Source: Blepharisma stoltei ATCC 30299 (lineage: Eukaryota > Protista > Ciliophora). Taken from it: a stretch of 64,000 nt of DNA. The stretch spans positions 1,450,879 through 1,514,878 of the forward strand of contig CBFDEM010000053.1 of the NCBI GenBank assembly GCA_965603825.1. Direction: 5' to 3'. The notes under the pieces were generated by a model. The model did no database searches, was not told the DNA's origin, and saw nothing but the letters and a program-made list of their open reading frames with translations. Below are positions 47,780 through 60,371 of the stretch, one piece after another. Positions within the stretch are counted from its first letter, which is position 1. Each line of letters begins with the position of its first letter. A program made the position numbers and the translations under genes.

Positions 47780-50479
47780 ATGGGAATGTGCATGCATGTC
47801 CCAAAGCAAAAAAGCGGAAGCATAATTCAAACAACTCCTCAAATTCAGCCAAGCCGCAAAATTATATCTGCTCAAGATGAAGAAAAAGAGCTTACTGAAA
47901 ATTTACGAAAACAGACAAAGTCAAGAATTCATATTAAAAAGAAAGCAGGTGTAACTACGTCTAAGTTTGAGATTGAAGACATTGTGGATGCACCGAATGC
48001 TATAATTACGGATCGCCCCAAAAGTCCATGAGACGTTGAAATAATCCAAAATTCATTGGATCATCATTTTATATTTAGTAGTCTCACTCCAGAGCAGCGC
48101 GATATGGTTGTGGAGCAGACGAAGCATTATTCAGTGTCCAAGAATGGAATAGTTTTCGAGCAGGGACAGCCAGGGACAAATTTTTTTGTGCTTGCTACAG
48201 GAATACTAGAAGTTATCATCGATAATAATCAAGTAAATACTTTGAAATCAGGAGACAGCTTTGGAGAACTAGCTCTTCTCCACGACGCAGCAAGAAGTGC
48301 CACTATAAAGGCTCTTGAAAACAGTACTCTGTGAGGCATCACAAGAAAAACATTTAGGACAGCCTTAGAAGCAATGAACTCAACTGCAAATCAAGAAAAC
48401 ATGCAGTTTATAAACAGTGTCCCATTATTCCAAATTCTAACCCCTGGGCAAAAAGAAGCACTAGTAAGCTCTTTAAATACACAAAAATTTGAAGTTAGGC
48501 AGAGAATTGTAAATGAAGGAGATCCTGGGGATTTGTTTTACTTAATAATTGAAGGCTCTGTTTCTGTTACTAAAGAAGGCAGAGAACTAAGGATATCTGG
48601 CAGAGGAGACTACTTTGGTGAGCAATCACTGCTTTATAACTGCTTAAGGACTGCAAGTATAACAGCAATAACCCCTGTGAAATGTGTCGCTATAAATAGA
48701 GAAAAACTAAAAAATGCCTTAGGTGAGCAACTGCAAAGTATTCTTTACATTAATTCCCAAAGAATCGCCCTCGAAAAAAGTGAAGTTTTTTCTAAATTAA
48801 ATAAAGACCAAATTGAGGAAATAATAAAGCAAACGCATATTTTATCACACCCACTTAATGATATTGCAATTCCTTCTAATACAGAAAAAGGAAGATTTCT
48901 ATGAATAATCCTGCAAGGAGAGCTATCAGACGGCCAAAGCAATTTTCATCCTTTTGACTGCATAGGAGATCAGGAACTACTTAACCCAAATGAAGGATTC
49001 TTTGAAAATGATGTGATTGCCCAAGAAGACGTAATTTTAGGAAAATTGTCGAAAATGGAAATTGAAACGATTTTAGGGACTAGCATACAAAAGGCAGCAA
49101 CACAAAACGAAGCCATGCAGGTGCTGAAAGGGGTGTCAATACTGAAGAATTTATCGGTCGAAAAATTGAGAAGCTTAATAGATGTGCTTAAAGTAGTGGA
49201 TTATTTCGATGGAGAAATTATTGTCAGGCAAAATGATCCTGGGGACTCTTTTTTCATTGTGAAAGATGGGATAGTTGAAATCTATAAAGATGACCACATT
49301 GTGAGAACTATTGCGAAGTATGATTATTTTGGAGAAAGATCAGCTCTTTTCAATGAAGTAAGATCAGCTACTGTAAAAGCAAAAGGCAATGTTGCCTGCT
49401 GGGTCTTGCATCAAACAGAATTTTTGAATTTAATCGATAGCAAAGTGCGGACTTTATTAACCAAAAGAATTCAGCTCCAAGACTCAAAGATAAAATTCAC
49501 TGATTTAAGAGTAATCCGAACAATCGGCAAAGGTATGTTTGGGATCGTGTTTCTGGTTATGCATAAAAATAACAGAAATGTATTTGCCTTGAAAACCGTA
49601 GAAAGGAAAAAAATTGACCGCTTTTCTATACATGCAAACTTAGTTCTTGAAAGGAAAATTCTTTTACAATTAGATCACATTATGATTGTAAAGTTAGTGA
49701 GAACTTTCAAAGATGAAAAGAGGCTTTATTTTCTGACTGAATTCGTAAGAGGAATGGACCTTTTTGATGTTTTACGCAAACAGTTTTTATTAAATGAATT
49801 AGATGCAAGATTTTACACTGCTTGCTTAATTACTATTCTTATATATCTTCATGAGAGAGATATAATCTACAGAGACTTAAAGCCTGAGAATGTGATTATT
49901 GATGAAGATGGGTATCCAAAACTCATTGACTTTGGGACTGCTAAATTTATTAGTGGGAGAACTTATTCACTCGTAGGAACTCCTCACTATATGGCACCTG
50001 AAGTGATTATCTGCAAAGGATATACAGTTGCAGCTGATTATTGGAGCTTAGGCATTATGCTTTATGAGTTCCAGTGCGGAAGGCTTCCTTTTGGAGAAGA
50101 AGATAACGATCCAACTGCAGTTTATGAAAAAATTTTAGAGCATGATTTGATGTTTCCTGATTGGTTTGATAAGAAATCAAGCTCAAAGAATTTTATAAAA
50201 CAGCTGCTTAGCATAAATCCTGCAATGAGAAATTCAGGAACTTCTGAAAAATTGAAAAATAATCCATGGCTAAGCTCAATAAACTGGGATAGGTTATCAA
50301 ATAAACAAATAAAAGCTCCTTTTATACCTACTCTTTTTGATTTAGGATTAGATGATTTTTATAATCCTGATGAAACCGCAGATGAAGTAATAAGTAGAGA
50401 AGAAGCTCTAGATGCTTCACTTTCACTTAGGGTAAAGCATAAACCTCCTCCATCGACAAATTGGGATGAGGACTTTTAA
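47780..50479 (+). CDS. PKG: cGMP-dependent protein kinase, second paralog (~899 aa)
   Basis: Four track ORFs in one frame separated by three TGA codons; colinear with 41425-44163; MGMC; ends NWDEDF. Confidence 0.92.
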
Positions 50480-50599
50480 ATGTAATTTTCTTTACTAAAT
50501 GCTGATTTTAATTTATTTCATCAATTACTTAAAATTTTAAAAGTCCCCATTTTATTCGCAATAGCCTTTAATGACCCATTTTTATAATAAATTCTAAAT

Positions 50600-51349
50600 A
50601 TGCAACGTGACAACACTCCAAACCGTCAAAGATCTTCTTCTAAAGACCAGCATCTTGAAATGCCCCTGTATTCTCGTCAAGTGAACTATTACAACTCAGT
50701 CAAGTCCATCCTGGCTGATGTTCACTCTTACTACCTTACTGTAATCCAAAATAAAAACAAGCTCTTACGTCAAAGAGGTTTAACCTTTGACAAGCAAGAA
50801 GAAGCCACCCATAAGAAATTCGAGCAAGAAAAATCAAAACAGCTTCACGATCAGCATATCTTTTTCCACAAAGTAGTCAACGAGTATATCAAAGACCAAA
50901 CTTCATGGAAAAATTTATATGAGCAGCTCCAAAACGACTATCAAGCATTGATCAGCTCTCATGAAATGCTTAAAGCTGAGCATGAAATGAACTTAAAATC
51001 GTTTAAAAAGAGCGAGTCGAGCACTGAAGAATCAAGTGGGAACGTTAGTGTTAGAGAGTCTTTTAACAACAAAGAATTAGATGCAAGCTACATAAGCTTT
51101 ACTTGCTCAGAAAATTCTCCCCTAGTTCAGTCGCCTGTAAGCCAAGGAAAGCTTGAATCCAAATTTGGGACTCCGCAGTTCGTAAGAATCGAGACACAGG
51201 AGAGCATGGCAGAAAAGATAAAAATGTATAATCAGCTTGACTCTATTGAAAGGAATAGGACGAAAGTTTTGAATCAATCGTTTGATTTCGCTGGAAGGTG
51301 TTTGTTTCCAGCTCAGAGTGAAAATGGTAGAATGTCATTGAATTACTAA
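50600..51349 (+). CDS. Hypothetical coiled-coil protein
   Basis: 249-aa ORF. Confidence 0.75.
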   Translation: MQRDNTPNRQRSSSKDQHLEMPLYSRQVNYYNSVKSILADVHSYYLTVIQNKNKLLRQRGLTFDKQEEATHKKFEQEKSKQLHDQHIFFHKVVNEYIKDQTSWKNLYEQLQNDYQALISSHEMLKAEHEMNLKSFKKSESSTEESSGNVSVRESFNNKELDASYISFTCSENSPLVQSPVSQGKLESKFGTPQFVRIETQESMAEKIKMYNQLDSIERNRTKVLNQSFDFAGRCLFPAQSENGRMSLNY

Positions 51350-51671
51350 TTATTAAGGTAATTGTTTTATTTTAAGTAAGTCTATTTCTTAAGACATTAA
51401 AATTTATCTGTCTTTCAGTTTATCTTGTTTTTCTTTCAAAGTTAAAAACAAATATAAAAATATTTTCTATTTTCTATGATAGAATGCATTTTTCCCATTA
51501 ATATAATGAGAAAAATATTTCCTTAATATCAAGTAATAAAGGCAGATTTCTTATAACTGTTTCCTTAAATAAAAGGGGTTTCATGTTTTGACCATAGGAC
51601 TTAGAATACTGGAAAATGTTCCTACCCACTTCTTTCTCTGCTTTTTTCTTTCTTTTTCTTTTTTACGAATA

Positions 51672-54600
51672 ATGCACAAACTTTTTTTATCAAATATATT
51701 TTATAAATTCGATCAAAAATCAAGAATGGCACACAAAACCCAAGATGAAGATTACAGGGATATAGTTCTCCAAGGTACAGCGCCTGTATCAATTTCAAAT
51801 TTTGCTACAAACAAAATTAACACCTGAGATTTCAACCCTCTTAGCCTTTGTAATAATCTGATACTACTGCAGTTTAAAAAATTATCAAATGTTTGATTTT
51901 TATTTGTTTCAATAGTAGAGCTCTCGATAAATACTCATTACTGGTGCACAATATTTTTATTTAGCTTGGTAATTTTGATCAATCTTTTAAGGGAAAGTTC
52001 AAGGTATTATTGAACTTATAAAAATGACTTAAGACTGAACAAAAGGCAAGTTCCTGTCTGAAATGGAACGGATTTTATTGATAAATCCTGAGAAGATCTT
52101 TTGGTGGGCGAAATCATATTGCTTCATGATAATGACATTGCTCCTGCTGATATACTGGTTTTAGCTTGTGGAAATCAGGAATGCGAATGCTATGTGGATA
52201 CTTTTGAGGTGCTTGGGGAGCGTAATTTGAGAGTAAAAGAGTCAATTAAAAGTATTCAAGGAATTATTAATTCCAATGAAGTCGTAAAAGCTTCACAATG
52301 TTTAAAAAAACTAAATGAGATCGTCAAAGTTTCTCACCCTAAAAAAAATTTCAAAAAATTCCAAGGCAAAATAAATATCAGGTCTCCAAAGCCTGAGCTT
52401 ATTTCTTATAAAAATTACATAATGAGAGGAGAAATGATTGTGAATTCTGGCTGAATTTTTGCATTTGTTATATATACAGGCATAGAAACAAAAGTATATA
52501 TAAATTCTCAGCCCAACATGAAATTGTCATATTTTGACAAAAGAATAAACTCAATTGTGCTGGCGATGCTAGTTGTTATTGCAATTTTAATAAGTGTGGA
52601 GGTTATTTTAGGAGCAGTGTTTGAATCTAAGCGGCCAGCAGCCGATAGCACAAATTGGTTGATATTAAATTCTATTTTTCTTGTCCATGAAATGATCCCA
52701 ACAAGCTTATTCTTGTGTATAGAGATTGCAAGAACCCTTCAAGCAATATTGATTGCTAAGAAATATCCTGGAATAAAATTTAGCAAAGGATTTATGACAG
52801 AAGACTTAGGACAGATCGAATATGTTTTATTAGACAAAACTGGAACTCTGACAAAAAATGAACTTGAAGTCAAAGTATGTATTATTGGTGACGAATACTA
52901 TTGAAATGACTCAGCTGATGAAACAAACGATATTGAGGAATGTGAATCTCCCAGAAGTGAAGCTAATTGAAACTCGCTTAACCCTACAACAAAATCTGAT
53001 CGGCTGCATTTTTCTAGCTTAAAGCATGAAGTCATTAAATATTCATCAATCAATGATAATATAAAATATTTCTTATGATGCATGTCCCTCTGCAATCATG
53101 CTTATCCAGACTCAGAAACTGACTTCACAGCAATTTGTGAGTATGATAAAGTGCTAGCAAAATGTGCCCAAAAACTTGGATTAAATATGATTATAAGAAC
53201 TCAATCCACTACTGTAATAGATATTAACGGAGTTCCAAGCACTTTTAAAATACTTGGAGATTTGCCGTATTCTCCTGACCAAAAAAGAACTATGATTTTG
53301 GTTTCATGTCCAAATTTTTCTGGATCAATTCTTTTCGCTAAAGGAGATAAAGCTGAGATGCTTGATTTGTTTGATATAAGTGGCGAATCAAAATTCTTGA
53401 TTGAAGAATATACATTATCAAGAAAGTTAATTGGTATGAGAACAGTGGTTTTTGGGTATAAAGTTTTGTCAAATTCGAAAACTGAAGAATTTATTACTGA
53501 TTATAAAAACGCAAGGCTATCACCAATCAATAAAACTGGCAAAATTGAAAGCGTGTTCGAAAAGTATCAGAACAATTTAAGCTACCTTGGAATTGTAGGG
53601 ATAGAAGATGCTTTAACAGAAGGTGCTCAGGAAGCTATTAAGACCTTAGAAAAAGCAGGCCTTAAGTTTTGGTTACTTTCAGGCGATGACGAAGAAAGTT
53701 CATTACGTGCAGGGGTTGGGTCTTCAATGTTCGAAGAGAATGTCCGAATCATAAGGATGGCAGATTTCAAGTCAGAGCAAGACTGCATAGAATGCATGGT
53801 AGATCACATCCAAAGCTGTATATATCATGATGAAGCAATACCAAATGAGCACAATGAAGTCTCCCTAGTAGATTCAGAGCACGATACTTATAATGTCAAA
53901 TGCAAAATTAGATCAGAGCCAATGTTCTTTTCTAGCAAAGACGACCTCAAACTATTTCATAGCACAAGCGACCACCCAATAAAAATTAAAGAGCCAGACC
54001 ATGCAAATCCTGAATTCAAAAGAATAATGCTGCCGCTAGTTACTAACAAAATCAAGCCAAAAGTGTCTCTCTCAAAGTCATTCAACCATCAAGCAGTCTA
54101 TTATGTCCTTTCTATACATGGAGAGACTTTAGATTTTGCGCTTAAGTCTCATGATAGTCGAAAATATTTTATCTCATTATTATTCGCTGCAAAATCAGTG
54201 CTCTTTCATTCTCTTTTACCACAGCAGAAGAGAAAAATTGTAAAATTGCTGAAAAGCAGTTTTCAATTTAAGCCTACTGTTTTGACAGTTGGGGATGGAA
54301 GTGATGACATAGGGATGTTGCAAGAAGCCCATGTAGGAATTTCACTTCTTAGAAGCAACTGCCCAGATGCGGAAAATTCCAGTGACGTGGTTATAACAGA
54401 TTTTTGACAGCTGAGAGATCTGGTTTTGTATGAAGGATACAATAATTATTTTAGGTTCTCTGCCATGATTTTACTTGGCTTTTATTCAAAATCCCTGATG
54501 ACGTTCATCAAATTTTTTTATAACGTTTTGTACAATTACTCTGCTATTCAATTATTTTCGTATGATTTAGAGTTGATATATGAGCTTTTAATCACAACAA

Positions 54601-57600
54601 TCCCTATAATTGCTATTGGCCTATATGAAAAGAGGAGATCATTTAGAGAAATTATAGAAAAGCCTCAACTTTACTGTAGTGGAATTTATAGAACAGCTTT
54701 TACTTGGAAAAAGTTGTTATTAGTCACATCTGCTGGCTTATTTCAGGGTTTCATAATTATTGCTTTAGTTTGCGCAGCAACTGGGGAAATTATGACAAAA
54801 GAAGGCTACACCTGCAGTTTAGATTTACTTGGCTTTACTTTATTTATTATTATGTCAGTCACATTTTTTTTAATAGCTTTCTTATACACAAGCACGTGGA
54901 ATAAATACACAATTGGCTGCCCTGCAATAGTAATTGTTTTATCCTCAATCTTTATATTGTTTCTTACATATGGCATAATTCCCAATGATAGTTTGATAGG
55001 AATTTCAGAGATGGTTGGCTTATCACCATTAGTATGGATGCTGATGATTTTTATCCCCCTGATAATGAACATAATATCGGACGTTGCTCGGATTACCATT
55101 TTTGATTACTTGAAGAATAATTCTGAAAAATATAAAGATTCGAAAGATTTGAGCATAGAGCCTTCAGTTGAATCAAGATTGAAATATTATAACACCTGCT
55201 TAGGAGATGTTTATGTAAATTCATATGAATGAAAAGAAAAGAGTATGGAAAATACCTTTGATTTTAATAAGTTTATGCTGAAGTTTTCTTCTAAGTTCAG
55301 AGAAAAAAGCTATCAGGAAACTGTGAGCGAAACAAATTTGGCATTTTATAGGACTTTAATGATTTTAAAGATGCTTGCAATGGTATCTTTTGTTTTGTAT
55401 AGGATCTACCAACTTATAGATGATATTAATCCATCGTGGGATTGATTATATATTATAATACCTGAAGCCATCATCTTATTAGTTTGCTTTACTGACTATT
55501 TCAAGAAGTATATGAAATGCATCATAATGCTTGACTATTTAATTTTCAATTTCCAAGTCCTTTCAATTGGTTCATCAACTTATATAGGATCGTCAGCTCC
55601 AATTGTTTTAGTCTTTTTCATGTTAGGATTCAGCCAATTCTGAATGGAAATGCAAATTTGCAGTTTAATTTATATTTCGACATCATTTACTTGCATTACA
55701 TTTTATTTCAATAATCAAGGGTTTGATCAATTCTCATGAATAACAGTCTCTATTGAATATATGATTTTTATGATTGGGATTTTCTTCACTTCCTCTCTAG
55801 TCAGCTACAATTTAGACAAAACCAAAAGATCAGAGTACATTGTCACTGAAAATGTTCAAATTGAGGTCAATAAGCCACTTAGCATACTCAATTTGCTATT
55901 ACCTACAAGTGTCTCTAAAAGAGTGAAAAACGGTGACAGGTCTATTGCAGAAGATCAAGGCATCGTGAGTGTAATTTTTTGCGATATGAACAACTTTGAT
56001 TCAATTGTGGCAAATTACTCGCCTCAAGAACTAACTGCTTTTCTTGATGAGGTTTTTGGTAAATTTGATAAATTGTGTGAGCAATCAGGTGTATCTAAAA
56101 TAGAAACTGTTGGGAAAACCTATATGGCTTGTGCAGGACTTGGTATTTTCGAATCAGAAATAGACCCGAACTTGACTTATGTGTCCCATTCCAGAAGAGC
56201 TATAGAGTTTGGCTTTCTTGTTATTAAAGCAGCAAAAACAATTTTATTAAAAAACGGAGATGAATTGACCTTCAAAATTGGAATCAATAGTGGCAGAGTT
56301 GTAGCGGGCGTTGTAGGGAATCATAAGCCACAATTTTCTTTAATTGGTGATACTGTTAACACGTCAAGCAGAATGTGCTCTACAAGCACAGAACCTAATG
56401 CAATTCAAATATCATCCTCAACTTACTCACTTCTAGAAGACTCAGATAAGCAAGGACTCAGTTTCGACCGAAAAACGGTATGAGTAAAAGGAAAAGGGGA
56501 TATGGACACTTTTATTGTAAGTATTGATCCTAATGCTGATGGATCTCCAGCAATGGATACGTTGCAAGTTGCTGGCAACTTTGGGCTCCTTCCAACGTAT
56601 TCAATGAATGGACAGCTATCAAGCACAAGAGTTGCTGAGCCAAGTTCTGCAAGTCATATAGAAAAAAGAAGAACCTTAATTGCATCTTTAGATATTCATG
56701 AAGCAAAAGAGCTTTTCCATAGAGCAAATACTGAGACCATTGAAAATATGAAAATTTTTTCTTTAAGATGCAGAGAGTCCCAAAAGGAGCGCCAGTTTAG
56801 GTTGGAAACTATTGAAAGTAAATTATATTTGTATTACGCAGCACTTTATATTGCAGCTATTGTCTCATTTGTTGCACTCATATCTCAAAGTATTGAACTG
56901 GGCTTGAGCTCTGATGAAAAAAATATCCCTGCCCAAATGTGTATATCAGGTATCGATATTGGGCAATTTTTGCTATTAATATTTTCGCTAAAATATTACT
57001 ATAAAAGAAGAAGATTTGCATGGACTATGCAGTGTGTATATATTATTGCACTTTGTTTGCATCATGCTATAAGCCTTTATGGAGATGAAGCCTATTTGAA
57101 TATTGAGCCTATAATAGGGATGTATTGAATTTTGCTAATGACTCATTGTTCAGAATTATTTTTTCATTGAATTTTATTGATTTCTACTATTTTCGTTGTC
57201 CCATGAATGATTTCACTTTTTATGATTGAAGATGAGTTCAAAAAAATTCTCTTAGTGTTTGTAGCATGATATATTGTAATTCTGCTATACACTTTACATC
57301 ATAAAGAAAAATCTCTCAGAATTAGCTATCTTCTGATATCAACTGGAAAAAGCGAAATTGAAAAGACTGAAAAATTGTTGAAAAATATGATGCCTCCACA
57401 TGTGTACCAAAATTTAAAAGATGAGAAAAATATTACAGAACTCATTAAAGATGTGACTTTAATATACGCGGACATTGTTGGCTTTACTGCTTGGTCTGCT
57501 CGTCATGCACCTGAAGAAATCGTTAGAAGGCTTTCAGACCTCTTTGCGAGCTTTGACAAACTCTGTGAAGACTACCACGTTTATAAAGTCCACACAATTG

Positions 57601-58037
57601 GAGATTGTTATGTGGCTATGGGATATAGAGAAGATAATAGAGACCCTCCAAAAGAATGTCAAAACATGGTAAAATTTGCAAGCTCTATGATAGAAGTAAT
57701 AGAAAGTGTCAATGAAAAATATGGGAGCGAGCTAAATATGAGAATTGGAATGCATACAGGTGATGTTATCGGGACTATGTTTGGGACAAACATTGTAAGG
57801 TATGATATTTATGGTTCAGATGTTTTAATTGCTAATAAAATGGAAAGCAATGGAGAAGCTGGAAAAATAGTGATGAGTGAAGTAACGAAAGACTTATTAG
57901 AAACTCATAAGCCAGGAAGATATCAATTCTCGCCCCATAAAGAAATTTCTTTGCAATCGCTTGATAGAACTATTCAAGCTTATATCTTAATAGATTTTTT
58001 TGATGACTTAGAGAGAGGCTCTAGTATTGATAAGTAA
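51672..58037 (+). CDS. P4-ATPase-like/guanylate cyclase fusion (~2100 aa; start 51672 or 51726)
   Basis: All track fragments lie in one frame, separated only by TGA. EDLGQIEYVLLDKTGTLT, GIED, VGDG; two cyclase domains (KIETVGKTYM..KPQFSLIGDTVNTSSRM; ADIVGFT..VHTIGDCY..RYDIYG), each preceded by a TM block. Confidence 0.92.
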
Positions 58038-58789
58038 GCAGGTCTATAAACATCAATGGCATTTATATTGATATATAACTCCCAGATTTATACAAGCTAA
58101 TTTTTTACAGATAAATTTACGATCTTGTGTTAATTATTTAACTATTTTTAAGCTTCTCTATTTATCTATTAAGATTTTAGTACTACAAGAGAATTAGAGT
58201 CTTTTTAGATTCTATTTTTCTTTAGGCTTTAGATCTCTAATATCTCATATCTGATACTTAATTTTATTAAATAAATCATAGCTTGGATTAAATTTGCTAG
58301 AACAAATAAAATTATAGTAACTTGTGTCTTCTATTCACCTTCAGCGCCATGAAAATCAAAAACCCTTTTTGCTGATTATGCCAATAAAGAGGCATTTAAA
58401 GATACTTTTATAATATGGAAAAGTATTGAACAAAAAATTAAGACTTATATTTTTCATGTAATATGTAGTTCTCTTATTTTTGAGTAATTAACTCTGTTTA
58501 AAACCTAGATTTTTTTATTTAGAATTGTGGATTTAATAATTAATATTTTTATCAAGTTGGGATATGTTTATATATCATAATTTGCAAATTGATAATTATT
58601 TTTTGTATTTTTTGAAATAATACAATATTTAATTTGTAGTCTTTTTAGCGTAAAAATTAAAATGGCAAAGCCAATTTATTCTTTATCATTATTTTATGGA
58701 AAGTGCGCAAAAAATTATTAAAATTCCGATATGAATAATTTTATTTATCTTAGTATAATAGTGAACAAAAAATTATTGGGATCTTAGTG

Positions 58790-59620
58790 GTTTTTTTTCC
58801 AGAAATTTAGGAACTTCCTTTATCCCATTGGCTACCATGAAGCACAATTCCATCGCTGCCTTTCATTGCTTCTCCTTGATGCCTTTTTACCAGTATTCTA
58901 GCATTGGCTTCATAAAATCCTTATTCTAATAGTTCAGCTTCAATAAAATTTCTTCTTCTTTGCCTTCCAAATTAACTTTCTTTTCCAGCTTCATCAGGAA
59001 TTTTTGTTGGAGTTGCGGCTATAAGTTCGGTCGGTCCTTCTGTGGAAATTTTTCTGGGTTTGCTCTTGAAATTTCTGATAGAATTTCAGTTGAAATATCT
59101 ATTGAGATCTCAATTAAGGTTTTAGTCAAAATTTCTATTAGGCTTCAGTTTAGATTTCCATTAGAGGAATCCTCTTCCGGTGTTTTATGATGTTTTAGGG
59201 TTTTGTTGAGCTTTATATCATATTCTCTGCCATTTTTGCTATTTTTCTTTTTTTTCGTTTTCTATTTTTTACCCTTTTTGTCTTTTTGCCTATTTCACTT
59301 TTGCATATCTGCTGCTTCTTCAGGTTCTTTGTCTAATTATCCCTTTTATCTTATCCAATTTACATGGAATTTTTCTAACAGATTTTGTTGCCAATATTAA
59401 CTTCATCAACCAAGACCTTACATTTCTGTTTCAAAGGCCAGATCTTTAGAGAATCAGTAAGCTTTTTATATTCTTCATTGCCTTCTGCAAACCTTTCTTT
59501 AAATCAAAATCTTCTTCATATAATCATTTTCTAATTATTTTATTAGCATTGTCCCAGACTTCCTCATCCAGAATAAGCTATCATCATCTGAACACTCGTT
59601 TCAATAAGATTTCTACTCAC
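58790..59620 (-). pseudogene. Decayed coding-like sequence
   Basis: Purine-rich, coding-like composition on the minus strand with many TAA/TAG stops and apparent frameshifts; identity unknown. Confidence 0.3.
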
Positions 59621-59905
59621 TGGTGAATTTTGGGCTATAAGCCAAGGTCACCTTGTGACTGCATTTTCTCTTAGAAATTTAAGCTAGATCCTTAAATTAA
59701 ATAAGCCATTATGATTCTATAATTATGTTTCGTGGAAGATGTTTCAAAGATGGCTGTGCAAACAAGCATTATGAAAAATTGAATGCGAAGGCATAGCAAA
59801 AAGCAAAGTTTTGAGCCCTTATCAAAAAGAATCTTCTGAAGCTTATTGATGCCTAATTCTTGCTTTAAGCCAACAGAAGAGATTAAGTAGCCAACTATCG
59901 ATAAG

Positions 59906-60157
59906 CTAATAGCCTTCAAAAAGATAAAGCTTAACATAACTTTTCATAATTTTTTTTTGCTTATATTTTTTCGCTAAATAATTAGTGACTTTGAAGATAA
60001 AAGATGAGCAAAGATCTCCTAAGACACTAATTTGGAATATTTGCTTTATAAATTTTATTAAAAATGTGTTACAGCATAGAGTTCCAGGAGAAGTGCAATA
60101 GCACGTATAATAGGCTTCGTGCTTGCATCCTGGCTCGAAACATTGAATTAGCTCCAT
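59906..60157 (-). pseudogene. Truncated member of the B-box-like family
   Basis: MELIQCFEPGCKHEAYYTCYCTSPGTLCC shares the Cys spacing of the N-terminus of 30869-32092, then degenerates. Confidence 0.45.
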
Positions 60158-60371
60158 ACAATTATTATGGTGTTATTTATTAAAGCAAAATCGTAATTAT
60201 AAGCAAAATTATTATAGAAGAATTACAATTTTTTGCCTTAGTAAAAATGCTAAAAAGTTAGTGATTTATCTTCTTTCAGACGAAATTATTTTACTTGGAA
60301 TAATTGGCGGCTTCAGCGCTTTAAAAATGCATAGTAAAAAATAGAGGAGTGGCAAATATTAAATTATGGTA

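Noticed and set aside
51672-58037. Pseudogene or operon of many small ORFs
   Set aside because: All breaks are in-frame TGA codons, consistent with UGA=Trp; it is one gene
58790-59620. Transposon or retroelement
   Set aside because: No recognisable transposase or RT motifs and no terminal repeats; kept only as a decayed coding-like tract
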